A DNA stretch of 64,000 nt from an uncultured Trueperaceae bacterium (GTDB lineage: Bacteria > Deinococcota > Deinococci > Deinococcales > Trueperaceae). The stretch is taken from positions 32,001 through 96,000 of the forward strand of contig CAWFFU010000011.1 in assembly GCA_963815215.1 (NCBI GenBank), given 5' to 3'. Shown one piece after another: positions 9,067-20,088 of this stretch. The notes below the pieces were generated by a model. It saw only the letters and a program-made list of their open reading frames with translations, was not told the DNA's origin and did no database searches. Made by a program: the position numbers and the translations under genes. The stretch's first letter is position 1; the number at the start of each line of letters is the position of its first letter.

Positions 9067-10020
9067 GTGGATAGTCTCTACTCGAAGGCCAACTCTGTAC
9101 TAAGCCCGGCATCGCCCTACGCGCACAACATCGCGCACCTGTTCTGGGTCACGTTCTGGATCTCTGTCGTGGTCCTGGTCTTCGTGAGCGCGTTCGTCAT
9201 CTTCAATATCGTGCGCTACCGCGACCGAAACCAGGGCGGGTTACCTCCACAGATCCACGGCAACACCGCCGTGGAGGTCACGTGGACGGTGGTGCCGTTC
9301 GTCATCCTGGCGGTGCTGTTCATCATGACGGTGCAGAGCATGGAGGCGGTCTCGCCACCCAAACATCCCAAGACCCCTCCGATCAAGGTCGACGTCATCG
9401 CCCACCAATGGTGGTGGGAGTTCCGTTACCCCGACAACAAGGTCGTCACGGCCAATGAGCTGCACATCCCGACGGGCCAGTCGATCGAGCTCACGCTGAC
9501 CTCGGACGACGTCATCCACGACTTCTGGGTCCCCGAGCTCGGCCGGAAGATGGACGCCGTTCCGGCGCACCCGAACAAGCTGGTCATCCAAGCCGACAGG
9601 CCCGGCGTCTTCCTTGGCACCTGTGCCGAGTACTGCGGGGCGGAGCACGCCTGGATGCGGATCCGCGTGTACGCTCAGAAGCCATCGGACTTCCAGACCT
9701 GGCTGGCCGGGCAGGCCAAGCCGCACCCGGCTCCGACGAAGATCCAGCAGATCGTCGGGATGGGCTTCTTCACGTCGGCCTGTTCGAGCTGCCACAACAT
9801 CACCGGCAGCGGAACGCCGGGCGCTCAGGATGTCGGGCCGGACCTGACGCATCTGGCCGACCGCGAAACGCTGGCGGCCGGCGTCCTTCCCAACACTCCC
9901 AAGGATCTGCGCAAGTGGCTCGAGGACCCGCAGGCCATCAAGCCCGGCGTCCACATGCCGAACCTTCACCTGACGTCCCAGCAACTCGACGGACTGGTGG
10001 CCTACCTGGAGGAGAAGTAG
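9067..10020 (+). CDS. ctaC: Cytochrome c oxidase subunit II with fused cytochrome c (caa3 type)
   Basis: QWWWEFRY, DVIHDFWVP, CuA CAEYCGAEHAWM, C-terminal CSSCH...MP. Confidence 0.95.
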   Translation: MDSLYSKANSVLSPASPYAHNIAHLFWVTFWISVVVLVFVSAFVIFNIVRYRDRNQGGLPPQIHGNTAVEVTWTVVPFVILAVLFIMTVQSMEAVSPPKHPKTPPIKVDVIAHQWWWEFRYPDNKVVTANELHIPTGQSIELTLTSDDVIHDFWVPELGRKMDAVPAHPNKLVIQADRPGVFLGTCAEYCGAEHAWMRIRVYAQKPSDFQTWLAGQAKPHPAPTKIQQIVGMGFFTSACSSCHNITGSGTPGAQDVGPDLTHLADRETLAAGVLPNTPKDLRKWLEDPQAIKPGVHMPNLHLTSQQLDGLVAYLEEK

Positions 10021-11714
10021 TGACACAGAAGTCGGCTGCAGCGACACCGGAACACGTCGCTCCTCAGGAGCTGCCGTTCCCACCGTTGAATCGTGGATGG
10101 GGATGGCTGGCGTGGTTCTCCACGACCGATCACAAGAAGATCGGCATCTTGTACATCGTCACGTCGCTGTTCTTCTTCGGTGTCGGGGGCATCGAAGCCC
10201 TGCTGATCCGCATTCAGCTGGCGGCCCCCAACGCCAGGGTGCTGACCCCCGCGGAATACAACGCGATCTTCACCATGCACGGAACCACGATGATCTTCCT
10301 CGTGGTCATGCCGATCCTGATCGGTCTGGCGAACTTCCTCGTGCCGCTCATGGTAGGCGCGCGCGACGTCGCCTTCCCGAGACTGAACGCTCTCGGGTAC
10401 TGGGTCTTCTTGCTCGGTGGCGTCGTGATCTACCTGGCGCTCTTCACCGGGAGCCTGGCCAATGCCGGCTGGTTCAGCTACGCGCCACTGAGTGAGTATG
10501 CCTTCAGCTCACGGCCCGGCATGGACTACTGGATCGTAGGCTTGATCGAGACCGGCGTCGGCACGATCGGTGCGGCAGTGAACCTGATCGTGACCACGGT
10601 TCGCTACCGCGCCCCGGGCATGACGTGGCGTCGGATGCCGCTGTTCGTGTGGATGATGTTCATCACCAGCCTGTTGATCCTGTTCGCGCTCACGCCCCTG
10701 AACGCGGGCCTCATCATGCTGCTCGGCGACCGTATCCTTCACATGCACTTCTTCCGCGCGAATGCCAGCGGCGGCTCGGCGATCCTGTGGCAGCACATCT
10801 TCTGGTTCTTCGGGCATCCCGAGGTCTACATCATGGCGTTGCCGGCCTTCGGGATCATCTCCGAGGTCATCCCCGTCTTCTCGCGGAAGCCGATCTTCGG
10901 GTACAACTTCGTCGCCGGCTCCGGGGTCGCCATCGGTCTGCTGAGCTTCGCGGTCTGGGTCCACCACATGTTCGCGGTGGGGCTGGGAGTTCCCCTGAAC
11001 GCAGCGTTCAGCGGTGCGAGCATGCTCATCGCGGTACCCACCGGCGTCAAGATCTTCAACTGGAGCACCACCATGTTCCAGGGGCATATCCGCCTCAAGA
11101 CGCCGCTGCTGTTCGCGGCCGCGTTCATCATCCAGTTCGTGATCGGCGGCATCACGGGCATCATGTTCGCGGTGGTACCCATCGACTGGCAGCTCACGGA
11201 CAGCTACTTCGTGGTGGCTCACTTCCATTACGTGCTCTTCGGTGGCACCATGTTCGCGCTGTGGGCAGGCGTGTACTACTGGTTCCCGAAGTTCACGGGA
11301 CGACTGCTCCACGAGCGGCTCGGCAAGTGGCACTTCTGGCTGGCGGTGGTCGGCTTCAACATGACCTTCTTCGTCCAGCACATCCTGGGCCTGATCGGCA
11401 TGGCCCGCAGGACCTACACCTATCCGAACCTGCCGGGCTACTTCGCCCTCAACCTCATCTCGACCATCGGTGCGTTCATCCTGGCTGTGTCCGTGGTGCT
11501 GTTCCTGTGGAATCTGGTGTGGAGCTTCCGCAAGGGTGAGATCGCAGGGGACAACCCGTGGGACGCCTGGACGCTGGAATGGGCAACCACTTCGCCACCG
11601 CCGGAGCACAATTTCGTGCGCCTGCCTCCCGTGAACAGTGCCAGGCCGCTCTTCGACCTTGCCCATCCGGAGATGGCCGACGGCATCTCGAAGCGAACGG
11701 AGGGCCACGCATGA
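10020..11714 (+). CDS. ctaD: Cytochrome c oxidase subunit I, A1 type
   Basis: TTDHKKIG, TMHGTTM, FFGHPEVY, VWVHHMF, VAHFHYV; GTG overlaps ctaC stop. Confidence 0.97.
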   Translation: MTQKSAAATPEHVAPQELPFPPLNRGWGWLAWFSTTDHKKIGILYIVTSLFFFGVGGIEALLIRIQLAAPNARVLTPAEYNAIFTMHGTTMIFLVVMPILIGLANFLVPLMVGARDVAFPRLNALGYWVFLLGGVVIYLALFTGSLANAGWFSYAPLSEYAFSSRPGMDYWIVGLIETGVGTIGAAVNLIVTTVRYRAPGMTWRRMPLFVWMMFITSLLILFALTPLNAGLIMLLGDRILHMHFFRANASGGSAILWQHIFWFFGHPEVYIMALPAFGIISEVIPVFSRKPIFGYNFVAGSGVAIGLLSFAVWVHHMFAVGLGVPLNAAFSGASMLIAVPTGVKIFNWSTTMFQGHIRLKTPLLFAAAFIIQFVIGGITGIMFAVVPIDWQLTDSYFVVAHFHYVLFGGTMFALWAGVYYWFPKFTGRLLHERLGKWHFWLAVVGFNMTFFVQHILGLIGMARRTYTYPNLPGYFALNLISTIGAFILAVSVVLFLWNLVWSFRKGEIAGDNPWDAWTLEWATTSPPPEHNFVRLPPVNSARPLFDLAHPEMADGISKRTEGHA

Positions 11715-12283
11715 CGCGAGCTGGCGCAAGCGGCACGACCATGAATCGCCACAAGATCGGGATGCTGTTCTTCATCGGCTCCGAGATCTTCTTCTTCCTG
11801 ACGTTGCTGTCGAGCTACGCCTACCTGAGCGGGGCCTTCGGTGACCTGCCCAGGACGGTCCTCGCCGTCCCACGCACCTTCGTGTTCAGCCTGTTCCTGT
11901 TCTCGAGCAGCCTGACGATCTGGATGGCGGAGCGCGCCTTCCATCGCCGTCGCTTCGGGGCGTTCCGCGGCTGGATGGTGCTCACGATCCTGCTGGGACT
12001 GACCTTCCTGGTGGGCCAGGCCATCGAGTACACGGAGCTGATACGCACCGGCGTGACGCTCAACTACGATGTTTTCGGCTCGGCGTTCTTCACACTCACA
12101 GGCTTCCACGGCCTGCACGTCCTCACGGGACTGATCATGCTCAGCTCGCTGACAGGTCTGAGTTTCGCCGGCAAGCTGGGGCCCGAGAACGAATCCGCAT
12201 TGGCTTCCATCGCGTACTACTGGCACTTCGTTGATGCCGTGTGGGTAGCGGTCTTCAGCGTCGTCTACCTGATCTTCGTGTGA
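11711..12283 (+). CDS. ctaE: Cytochrome c oxidase subunit III
   Basis: FIGSEIFFF, FFTLTGFHGLHV, YWHFVDAVW; ATGA overlap. Confidence 0.93.
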   Translation: MTRAGASGTTMNRHKIGMLFFIGSEIFFFLTLLSSYAYLSGAFGDLPRTVLAVPRTFVFSLFLFSSSLTIWMAERAFHRRRFGAFRGWMVLTILLGLTFLVGQAIEYTELIRTGVTLNYDVFGSAFFTLTGFHGLHVLTGLIMLSSLTGLSFAGKLGPENESALASIAYYWHFVDAVWVAVFSVVYLIFV

Positions 12284-12285
12284 TC

Positions 12286-13275
12286 ATGACGACCGGACGC
12301 CTTCTCGCCATCGCTTGGAGTCCCGATCCTTCGGTCATCGGAGGGACGGCGGCACTGGTGGTGGCGTACGCTCTATGGCTCCGCACTCGGCCCGGCCTGC
12401 GCTCGCTGTTGTTCCTCGCTGGCATCGTGGTGCTGCTCGGCGCCCTCGTGTCGCCGATCGACCGCATCGGAGAGCTCTATCTGTTCAGTGTGCACATGGT
12501 CCAGCACATGCTGTTGCTGCTGGTGGTGCCTCCCCTGTTGATCTGGGGGTTGCCGCCCCGCGCCACGCGCGACCTCCTGAAGTCACCGCTGCTCAGCAGG
12601 GTCGAGAGCGCCCTTGGCCGACCCGCCGTGGCCCTGCCCGTCATGGTCGTCACCTTGTGGGCGTGGCACATCCCCTCGCTCTACCAGGCCGCCCTTCTCA
12701 ACGACGGCATCCACGCCCTCGAACACCTGCTCTTCCTGGTCACGGCAACGATGTTCTGGTGGCCCGTGCTGACACCGGTGAAGGACCGCCGACTGTCACC
12801 GCCCCACGCCATGATGTACCTGTTCGGCGCCATGGCCTCGATCTCGATCCTGGGCATCATCCTCACCTTCGCACCGGCACCGCTGTACCACTTCTACGTG
12901 CGGCCCCCCGACCCCTATCGGGCGCTGGCCCTCATTCGCAACGACTGGGGCGTCTCGGTGCTGGGCGATCAGCAGATCGGTGGCGTGCTGATGTGGATCG
13001 TGGGAGGCATCTTCTACATCCTGGCGATCCTCACGGAGTTCGGTCTGTGGTTCAGTGGGCCGGACGTCGACGCTCCGTCGGCGACGCAGGGCTCGGGGCC
13101 GCCAACGATCGCGGAGCCGACCCCGGTCGCGGCAGCGAGATCCGACGCGGGTGCCGCCGGCGTACGCGACCCGACGACCGGCGCCACGCTTCCCCACGCA
13201 TCATCGCTACAGACACCGCGCGCGTCGCGGCCACATCGATGGACTTTGATCAACGCATTGGAAGGAGCAGGATGA
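12286..13275 (+). CDS. ctaG: caa3-type cytochrome c oxidase assembly factor CtaG
   Basis: LFSVHMVQHMLL, WAWHIP.LY, HALEH, DQQIGG.LMW. Confidence 0.88.
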   Translation: MTTGRLLAIAWSPDPSVIGGTAALVVAYALWLRTRPGLRSLLFLAGIVVLLGALVSPIDRIGELYLFSVHMVQHMLLLLVVPPLLIWGLPPRATRDLLKSPLLSRVESALGRPAVALPVMVVTLWAWHIPSLYQAALLNDGIHALEHLLFLVTATMFWWPVLTPVKDRRLSPPHAMMYLFGAMASISILGIILTFAPAPLYHFYVRPPDPYRALALIRNDWGVSVLGDQQIGGVLMWIVGGIFYILAILTEFGLWFSGPDVDAPSATQGSGPPTIAEPTPVAAARSDAGAAGVRDPTTGATLPHASSLQTPRASRPHRWTLINALEGAG

Positions 13276-13496
13276 CCGACAACGAACACACCGAATGGCA
13301 GCAGCCGCGCGAAATGCTGATCCCGCGCCCTACGGCGTGGCCACTGCTCACGGCCTTCGGAATCACCTTCATCCTGCTAGGCCTTGTCACGGTGTGGCTC
13401 GTGGCCGTGGCTGGGATCATCATGTTCGTGACCTCGATCGTTGGATGGATGGGAGAGATGCTTCGTGACGGACAATCCCACGAATCCCACGGCTGA
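13272..13496 (+). CDS. Small two-TM protein, cytochrome c oxidase subunit IV-like
   Basis: GAAGGAG RBS, IPRPTAWP followed by two TM helices and GW..E; overlaps neighbours. Confidence 0.7.
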   Translation: MTDNEHTEWQQPREMLIPRPTAWPLLTAFGITFILLGLVTVWLVAVAGIIMFVTSIVGWMGEMLRDGQSHESHG

Positions 13497-14013
13497 GACC
13501 GGTGCCGCGGGCGATGATACGGGTCGCCGCAAGTTCTTGAGCCGCTTGAGCATCGGTCTGGGCTCCCTCGCCGCGCTCATCGTCGGGCTGCCCACGGTGC
13601 TGGACGTTCTGAAGCCGATGGTCGCGAAGGAACCGCGGGTGTGGCGCAAGGTTGGCGCCGTCGACTCGTTCAAGGTGGGCCAGACCGTCGAGGTGAGCTT
13701 CGAGAATGCCGGGACCAACGCCTGGGCCGGGAAGGCGGGGGCGACGGCCGCCTATCTTCGCAGGGACGGCACCAACAGCTTCACCGCCTTCACAGTCAAC
13801 TGCTCCCATCTCGGTTGTCCGGTCCGCTGGGAACAGAAAGCCAACATGTACCTGTGCCCGTGCCACGGCGGCGTGTATTACGCCAACGGCGACGTAGCGG
13901 CAGGTCCTCCGCCGCGACCCCTTGCGCGCTATCCCGTCCGCGTGACGCAAGGCGACGTAGAGATCCTGACCACGCCTCTGCCGATCGACGGCAGGGTGCC
14001 GCACTCGAGTTGA
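13465..14013 (+). CDS. qcrA: Rieske iron-sulfur subunit of quinol:cytochrome c reductase
   Basis: Tat motif GRRKFL, CSHLGC, CPCHGGVY, GPPPRPL. Confidence 0.93.
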   Translation: MTDNPTNPTAETGAAGDDTGRRKFLSRLSIGLGSLAALIVGLPTVLDVLKPMVAKEPRVWRKVGAVDSFKVGQTVEVSFENAGTNAWAGKAGATAAYLRRDGTNSFTAFTVNCSHLGCPVRWEQKANMYLCPCHGGVYYANGDVAAGPPPRPLARYPVRVTQGDVEILTTPLPIDGRVPHSS

Positions 14014-14023
14014 GGTGCTGTCC

Positions 14024-15433
14024 ATGATGCGTCGCATCGGAAACTGGCTCGAGGAGCGCACGGGGATGGCCGAGTTGATCCGGCCCGTGATGTCCCACCT
14101 CGTTCCTCGCGGCTCGGCGTGGCTCTACGTGTTCGGCAGCGCCACCCTGTTCGCCTTCATCCTCCAGGTCGTCACGGGCATCGCCCTCAGCTTCACCTAC
14201 GTTCCGTCGACCAGCCAGGCCTACCAGAGCCTGAAGTTCATCACCGACAACTCGGCCCTCGATCACTTCTTGCGGTCGGTGCACTACTTCGGGGCGTCCG
14301 CGATGGTGTTGATGGTCGGTCTCCACATGTTGCGCACCTTCCTCTTCGCGTCGTACAAGTACCCGCGCGAAGCGAGCTGGATGAGCGGTACGGTCCTACT
14401 GTTCCTCACGGTCTCGATGGGTTTCACCGGTCAGATCCTGCGCTGGGACCAGACGGCCATCTGGTCTGTCGTGGTCGGCGCACAGCAGGCCGGGTACGTG
14501 CCGCTGATCGGGCCCGCGATAGCACGCTTCCTGCTCGCGGGTGAAACACTGGGAGGCGCGACTCTCGGGCAATTCTTCGCTCTGCACGTGTTCGTCTTCC
14601 CGATCCTGATCGTGGCGCTGCTGGCTCCCCACCTGTGGATGGTGATCCGCAACGGCATCTCGGAGCCTCCCAAGCAGGGGCGCCCGGTGGATCCCAAGAC
14701 CTACGTCGCCGAGTACCATGCGTTGCTCGAGCGTGACGGCGTCCCGTTCTGGCCCGATGCAGCCTGGCGCGACGTGGTCTTCGCCGTGGTCATGATCGTC
14801 GCCATCGTCGGTCTCGCGATCACCATGGGACCGCCGCATCTGGCCGCCGCGCCCGATCCCACGAACCTCGTCGCGGCGCCGAAACCCGACTGGTACCTGC
14901 TCTGGTACTTCGGGGTCCTGGCTCTCATCCCGCACCTGTTGACCCCGTACGTGATCATCGGCGGGCCGCTCATCGTGTTCGCCGTCCTGTTCTTCTTCCC
15001 CCTCTTCGCGAGGCAGGGCGAGCGCCACATCGTCCGGCGCCCCTGGGCGATCGGCGTGGCAAGCATCGTGATCGTGGCCATCGCATCGTTCTGGTGGCTG
15101 GCGACCTGGGAACCGTGGTCGCCACGCTACAACGCTCCGCCGTTGCCGGCCCAGGTGGTGGGGACGGTCAGCGCTTCAGCGCAGACGGGTGCCCAGCTCT
15201 TCCATGATCGGGGCTGCGAGGACTGCCACCGGATCGGCAAGTACGGCGGCTTCCGCGGACCGAACCTGACCTACGTCGGTAATCGTCTCACGGGCGTGGA
15301 ACTGACGTGGCGCATCGCCAACGGCGGCTACAACATGCCGGCGTTCGGCGGCATGTTGTCGAGCCAGCAGCTCAACGATCTGGTCGCGTTCCTGGAGACG
15401 CGCAAGCCCAGCCTGAACACCGAATCGAAGTAG
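14024..15433 (+). CDS. qcrB: Cytochrome b (b6 + subunit IV-like) fused to C-terminal cytochrome c
   Basis: RSVH..GAS......LHMLR, ALHVFVFPILIVALLAPH, PKPDWY, CEDCH...NMPAF. Confidence 0.93.
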   Translation: MMRRIGNWLEERTGMAELIRPVMSHLVPRGSAWLYVFGSATLFAFILQVVTGIALSFTYVPSTSQAYQSLKFITDNSALDHFLRSVHYFGASAMVLMVGLHMLRTFLFASYKYPREASWMSGTVLLFLTVSMGFTGQILRWDQTAIWSVVVGAQQAGYVPLIGPAIARFLLAGETLGGATLGQFFALHVFVFPILIVALLAPHLWMVIRNGISEPPKQGRPVDPKTYVAEYHALLERDGVPFWPDAAWRDVVFAVVMIVAIVGLAITMGPPHLAAAPDPTNLVAAPKPDWYLLWYFGVLALIPHLLTPYVIIGGPLIVFAVLFFFPLFARQGERHIVRRPWAIGVASIVIVAIASFWWLATWEPWSPRYNAPPLPAQVVGTVSASAQTGAQLFHDRGCEDCHRIGKYGGFRGPNLTYVGNRLTGVELTWRIANGGYNMPAFGGMLSSQQLNDLVAFLETRKPSLNTESK

Positions 15434-15447
15434 CCGGCAGGCGACCT

Positions 15448-15490
15448 AGACGAGGCGCGCGGTGTCCTCTGGACACCGCGCGCCTCGTCT
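15448..15490. terminator. Perfect 20-bp stem hairpin between convergent qcrB and gyrB
   Basis: agacgaggcgcgcggtgtcc-tct-ggacaccgcgcgcctcgtct followed by tgttg. Confidence 0.8.
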
Positions 15491-15532
15491 TGTTGCACCC
15501 TCGGTCGACCGCCGGCGGACCGGCGCCCGCCA

Positions 15533-17548
<2,016 letters not shown>

Positions 17549-17736
17549 TTATACCCCCCGAGGGGGTCCCCGGTCAAAACACTTTTGCCGTCAGGGACGC
17601 AACTATATGCCATGAGCCCGACGCCTCCAACAGCGCGGACGCGGGACCGAGCCGTTCACGTTCGCCTAACCCGGTACGGGTAGCCTCGACAGCGGACGCG
17701 CGTCCGCTCCAGCGCGTCTGTCACGAGAGGAGCCGC

Positions 17737-18180
17737 ATGAACCGTCGTACCCTGTTGTGGGGTCTGATCGCCGTCGTGGCGTTCACCGTCCTGATCCAAT
17801 TCGTGCCCTTCCCGGGCCTCGGAAGCAACCCGCCCGTGGTCGCCGAGCCCGCCTGGAACAGCCCCACCACGCGCACCCTGGCCGTGCGCGCGTGCTACGA
17901 CTGCCACAGCAACCGGACTCACTGGCCGTGGTACAGCAAGGTCGCCCCCATCTCCTGGGTGGTCGCCCACCACGTCAACGAGGGCCGGGCCGCGCTCGAT
18001 TTCTCCGATCCAGCGGCCGCCCGGGTGAGCGCCGACCGCGCTGCCCGCGCTGTTGCCGACGGCGTCATGCCGCCCTTCTACTACACCTGGATGCATCCCG
18101 GGGCGGTCCTCAGCCCCGCCGAACGGCAGTCGCTGGCAGCGGGCCTGCGCGTCAGCCTGGCCCGGACCGCCGGCCATTGA
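17737..18180 (+). CDS. Heme-binding (Haem_bd-like, CXXCH) membrane-anchored protein
   Basis: RACYDCHSN.T.WPWYS..APISW...HV.EGR; GAGGAG RBS. Confidence 0.85.
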   Translation: MNRRTLLWGLIAVVAFTVLIQFVPFPGLGSNPPVVAEPAWNSPTTRTLAVRACYDCHSNRTHWPWYSKVAPISWVVAHHVNEGRAALDFSDPAAARVSADRAARAVADGVMPPFYYTWMHPGAVLSPAERQSLAAGLRVSLARTAGH

Positions 18181-18258
18181 CCGTCCGTTCCGGCGCGTCG
18201 AGGTCGATTGTCCACTGCGCGCCTGGCTCCCATCCGCTACCCTGGTGGCGGTGGAGAC

Positions 18259-18924
18259 GTGAACGAACGGATCCTGATCGTCGAGGACGAACCGCGCATC
18301 GCTGACGTGCTCGAGCGCTACCTGCGCGCCGCGGGCTTTCTCACCGAGCGCGCCTCCAGCGGCAGGCGCGCGCTCGAGTTGTGGCGCGCCGCCAACCCCG
18401 ACGCCATCCTGCTCGATCTGATGATCCCGGACATGGACGGGCTCGAGGTGGCACGCAAGGTGCGTGCCACCTCGGACGTGCCGATCCTGATGGTGACCGC
18501 CAAGGCCGACGAACTCGACCGTCTGGTCGGGCTCGAGCTCGGCGCCGACGACTACATCGCCAAGCCGTTCAGTCCCCGCGAGGTGGTAGCCCGTCTTCGC
18601 GCCGTGTTGCGACGCAGCCAGGGCACGCTGAAGCGTGCGCGACGCTTCGTGGTCGGCGCGTTGGAGATCGACCTTGACGCCTTCGAAGCCCGGTGCGACG
18701 GCGTCGCGCTGGGCCTCAGCCCCACCCAGTTGCGGCTGCTCGGCGCCATGGCCGAGCAGCCCAACCGAGCCTTCCGCCGCAGCGAGCTAGTCGAAGCCCT
18801 CCAGGATCCGACGGCGGACACACGAACGGTCGACGCTCACGTCAAGAACCTCCGCCAGCGGCTGGGGGCCTGCACCGAACAGCTCGAGACGGTGCGGGGC
18901 GTGGGCTACCGCCTGAGAGGCTGA
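18259..18924 (+). CDS. OmpR-family response regulator
   Basis: IVEDE, LLDLMIP, GADDYIAKPFSPRE, TVRGVGY. Confidence 0.93.
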   Translation: MNERILIVEDEPRIADVLERYLRAAGFLTERASSGRRALELWRAANPDAILLDLMIPDMDGLEVARKVRATSDVPILMVTAKADELDRLVGLELGADDYIAKPFSPREVVARLRAVLRRSQGTLKRARRFVVGALEIDLDAFEARCDGVALGLSPTQLRLLGAMAEQPNRAFRRSELVEALQDPTADTRTVDAHVKNLRQRLGACTEQLETVRGVGYRLRG

Positions 18925-18927
18925 GCG

Positions 18928-20088
18928 GTGCGTCTGCGCCGCCAGCTCATGATCGCGGTGACGCTGGTGGCGCTGGCAGCGGTCACGGTCACGGCGCTGC
19001 TGAGCGTGCAGGTGGCGACGCAGCGTGTCGGCCGTCTGTTCGACGCTCCGGTCCCGGCGCAGGACGCCGCTCGCCCAGCGGCCGCGCGGGGCGCAGGCTC
19101 CGGCATGGCCGCCGGCGGCGGCCCCGCCTTCGCCGAGGCGCGCCGGGCCGCGCTGCGGGCCGACCTGTGGCGCGCCAACCTGCAATCCGCCGCCATCGCC
19201 CTGCTGGTCGCGGCCGCCGTGGGCATGGTGCTGGCGGCGCGCCTGGCCCGGCCGCTGCGTGGCCTCACGACGACCGCGAACCGCTACGCCTCCGGCGAGC
19301 GCATGGCCCGCGCCGATGAGAGCGGCCGCGACGAGGTGGCGGAGGTCGCACGCGCGTTCAACCGCGTGGCGGACAATCTGCGCCTCGAAGAGGAGCAGCA
19401 GCAGCGGCTCATCGCCGACATCGCCCACGAGCTGCGGACCCCGCTGACGGTCCTCAAGGGGGAGCTCGAAGCCCTCGAGGACGGCCTGATGGAAGCCGAG
19501 CCCGACACCTTCCGGCGACTGGGCGAGGAGGTCACGCTGCTCGAGCGACTGGTGCAGGACCTGCGCCTGCTCACCCAGGCGGAGAGCGGCGAGCTGGCGC
19601 TGCACCGTGGGAGCGTCGACCTCTCCGCGCTGGTGCGCGAGGCCACGACCTCGTTCGCCACACACGCACGGCGCCGGGACGTCACCCTGGTGCCCGACCT
19701 CACCCCCGTCACCCTGGAAGCCGACGCCGACCGCCTCAAGCAAGTGCTCACGAACCTGTTGGAGAACGCCGTGCGCCACGCTCCGGCCGGGAGCCGGGTC
19801 GACGTGGGCCTGAGCGAAGCCGGCGGGCACGCACTGCTGAGCGTACGCGACCGCGGCTCCGGCATCCCGGACGACGAGCGCGAACGGGTCTTCCAGCGCT
19901 TCTACCGACTCGACCCCGCGCGCAGCCGGGCGACCGGAGGCTCCGGCCTGGGCCTCGCCATCGTGCGGTCGCTCGTCGAGCTCCACGGCGGATCGGTGGC
20001 GGCTTCCACGCACCCCCAGGGCGGCGCCGTGCTCACCGTCCGGCTACCGCTCGCCGGCTCCGGGGACGCTCCTCACGCGCGCACCTGA
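18928..20088 (+). CDS. HAMP-domain sensor histidine kinase (BaeS-like)
   Basis: Two TM, HAMP, IAHELRTPL, NLLENA, FQRFYR, GSGLGLAI. Confidence 0.93.
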   Translation: MRLRRQLMIAVTLVALAAVTVTALLSVQVATQRVGRLFDAPVPAQDAARPAAARGAGSGMAAGGGPAFAEARRAALRADLWRANLQSAAIALLVAAAVGMVLAARLARPLRGLTTTANRYASGERMARADESGRDEVAEVARAFNRVADNLRLEEEQQQRLIADIAHELRTPLTVLKGELEALEDGLMEAEPDTFRRLGEEVTLLERLVQDLRLLTQAESGELALHRGSVDLSALVREATTSFATHARRRDVTLVPDLTPVTLEADADRLKQVLTNLLENAVRHAPAGSRVDVGLSEAGGHALLSVRDRGSGIPDDERERVFQRFYRLDPARSRATGGSGLGLAIVRSLVELHGGSVAASTHPQGGAVLTVRLPLAGSGDAPHART

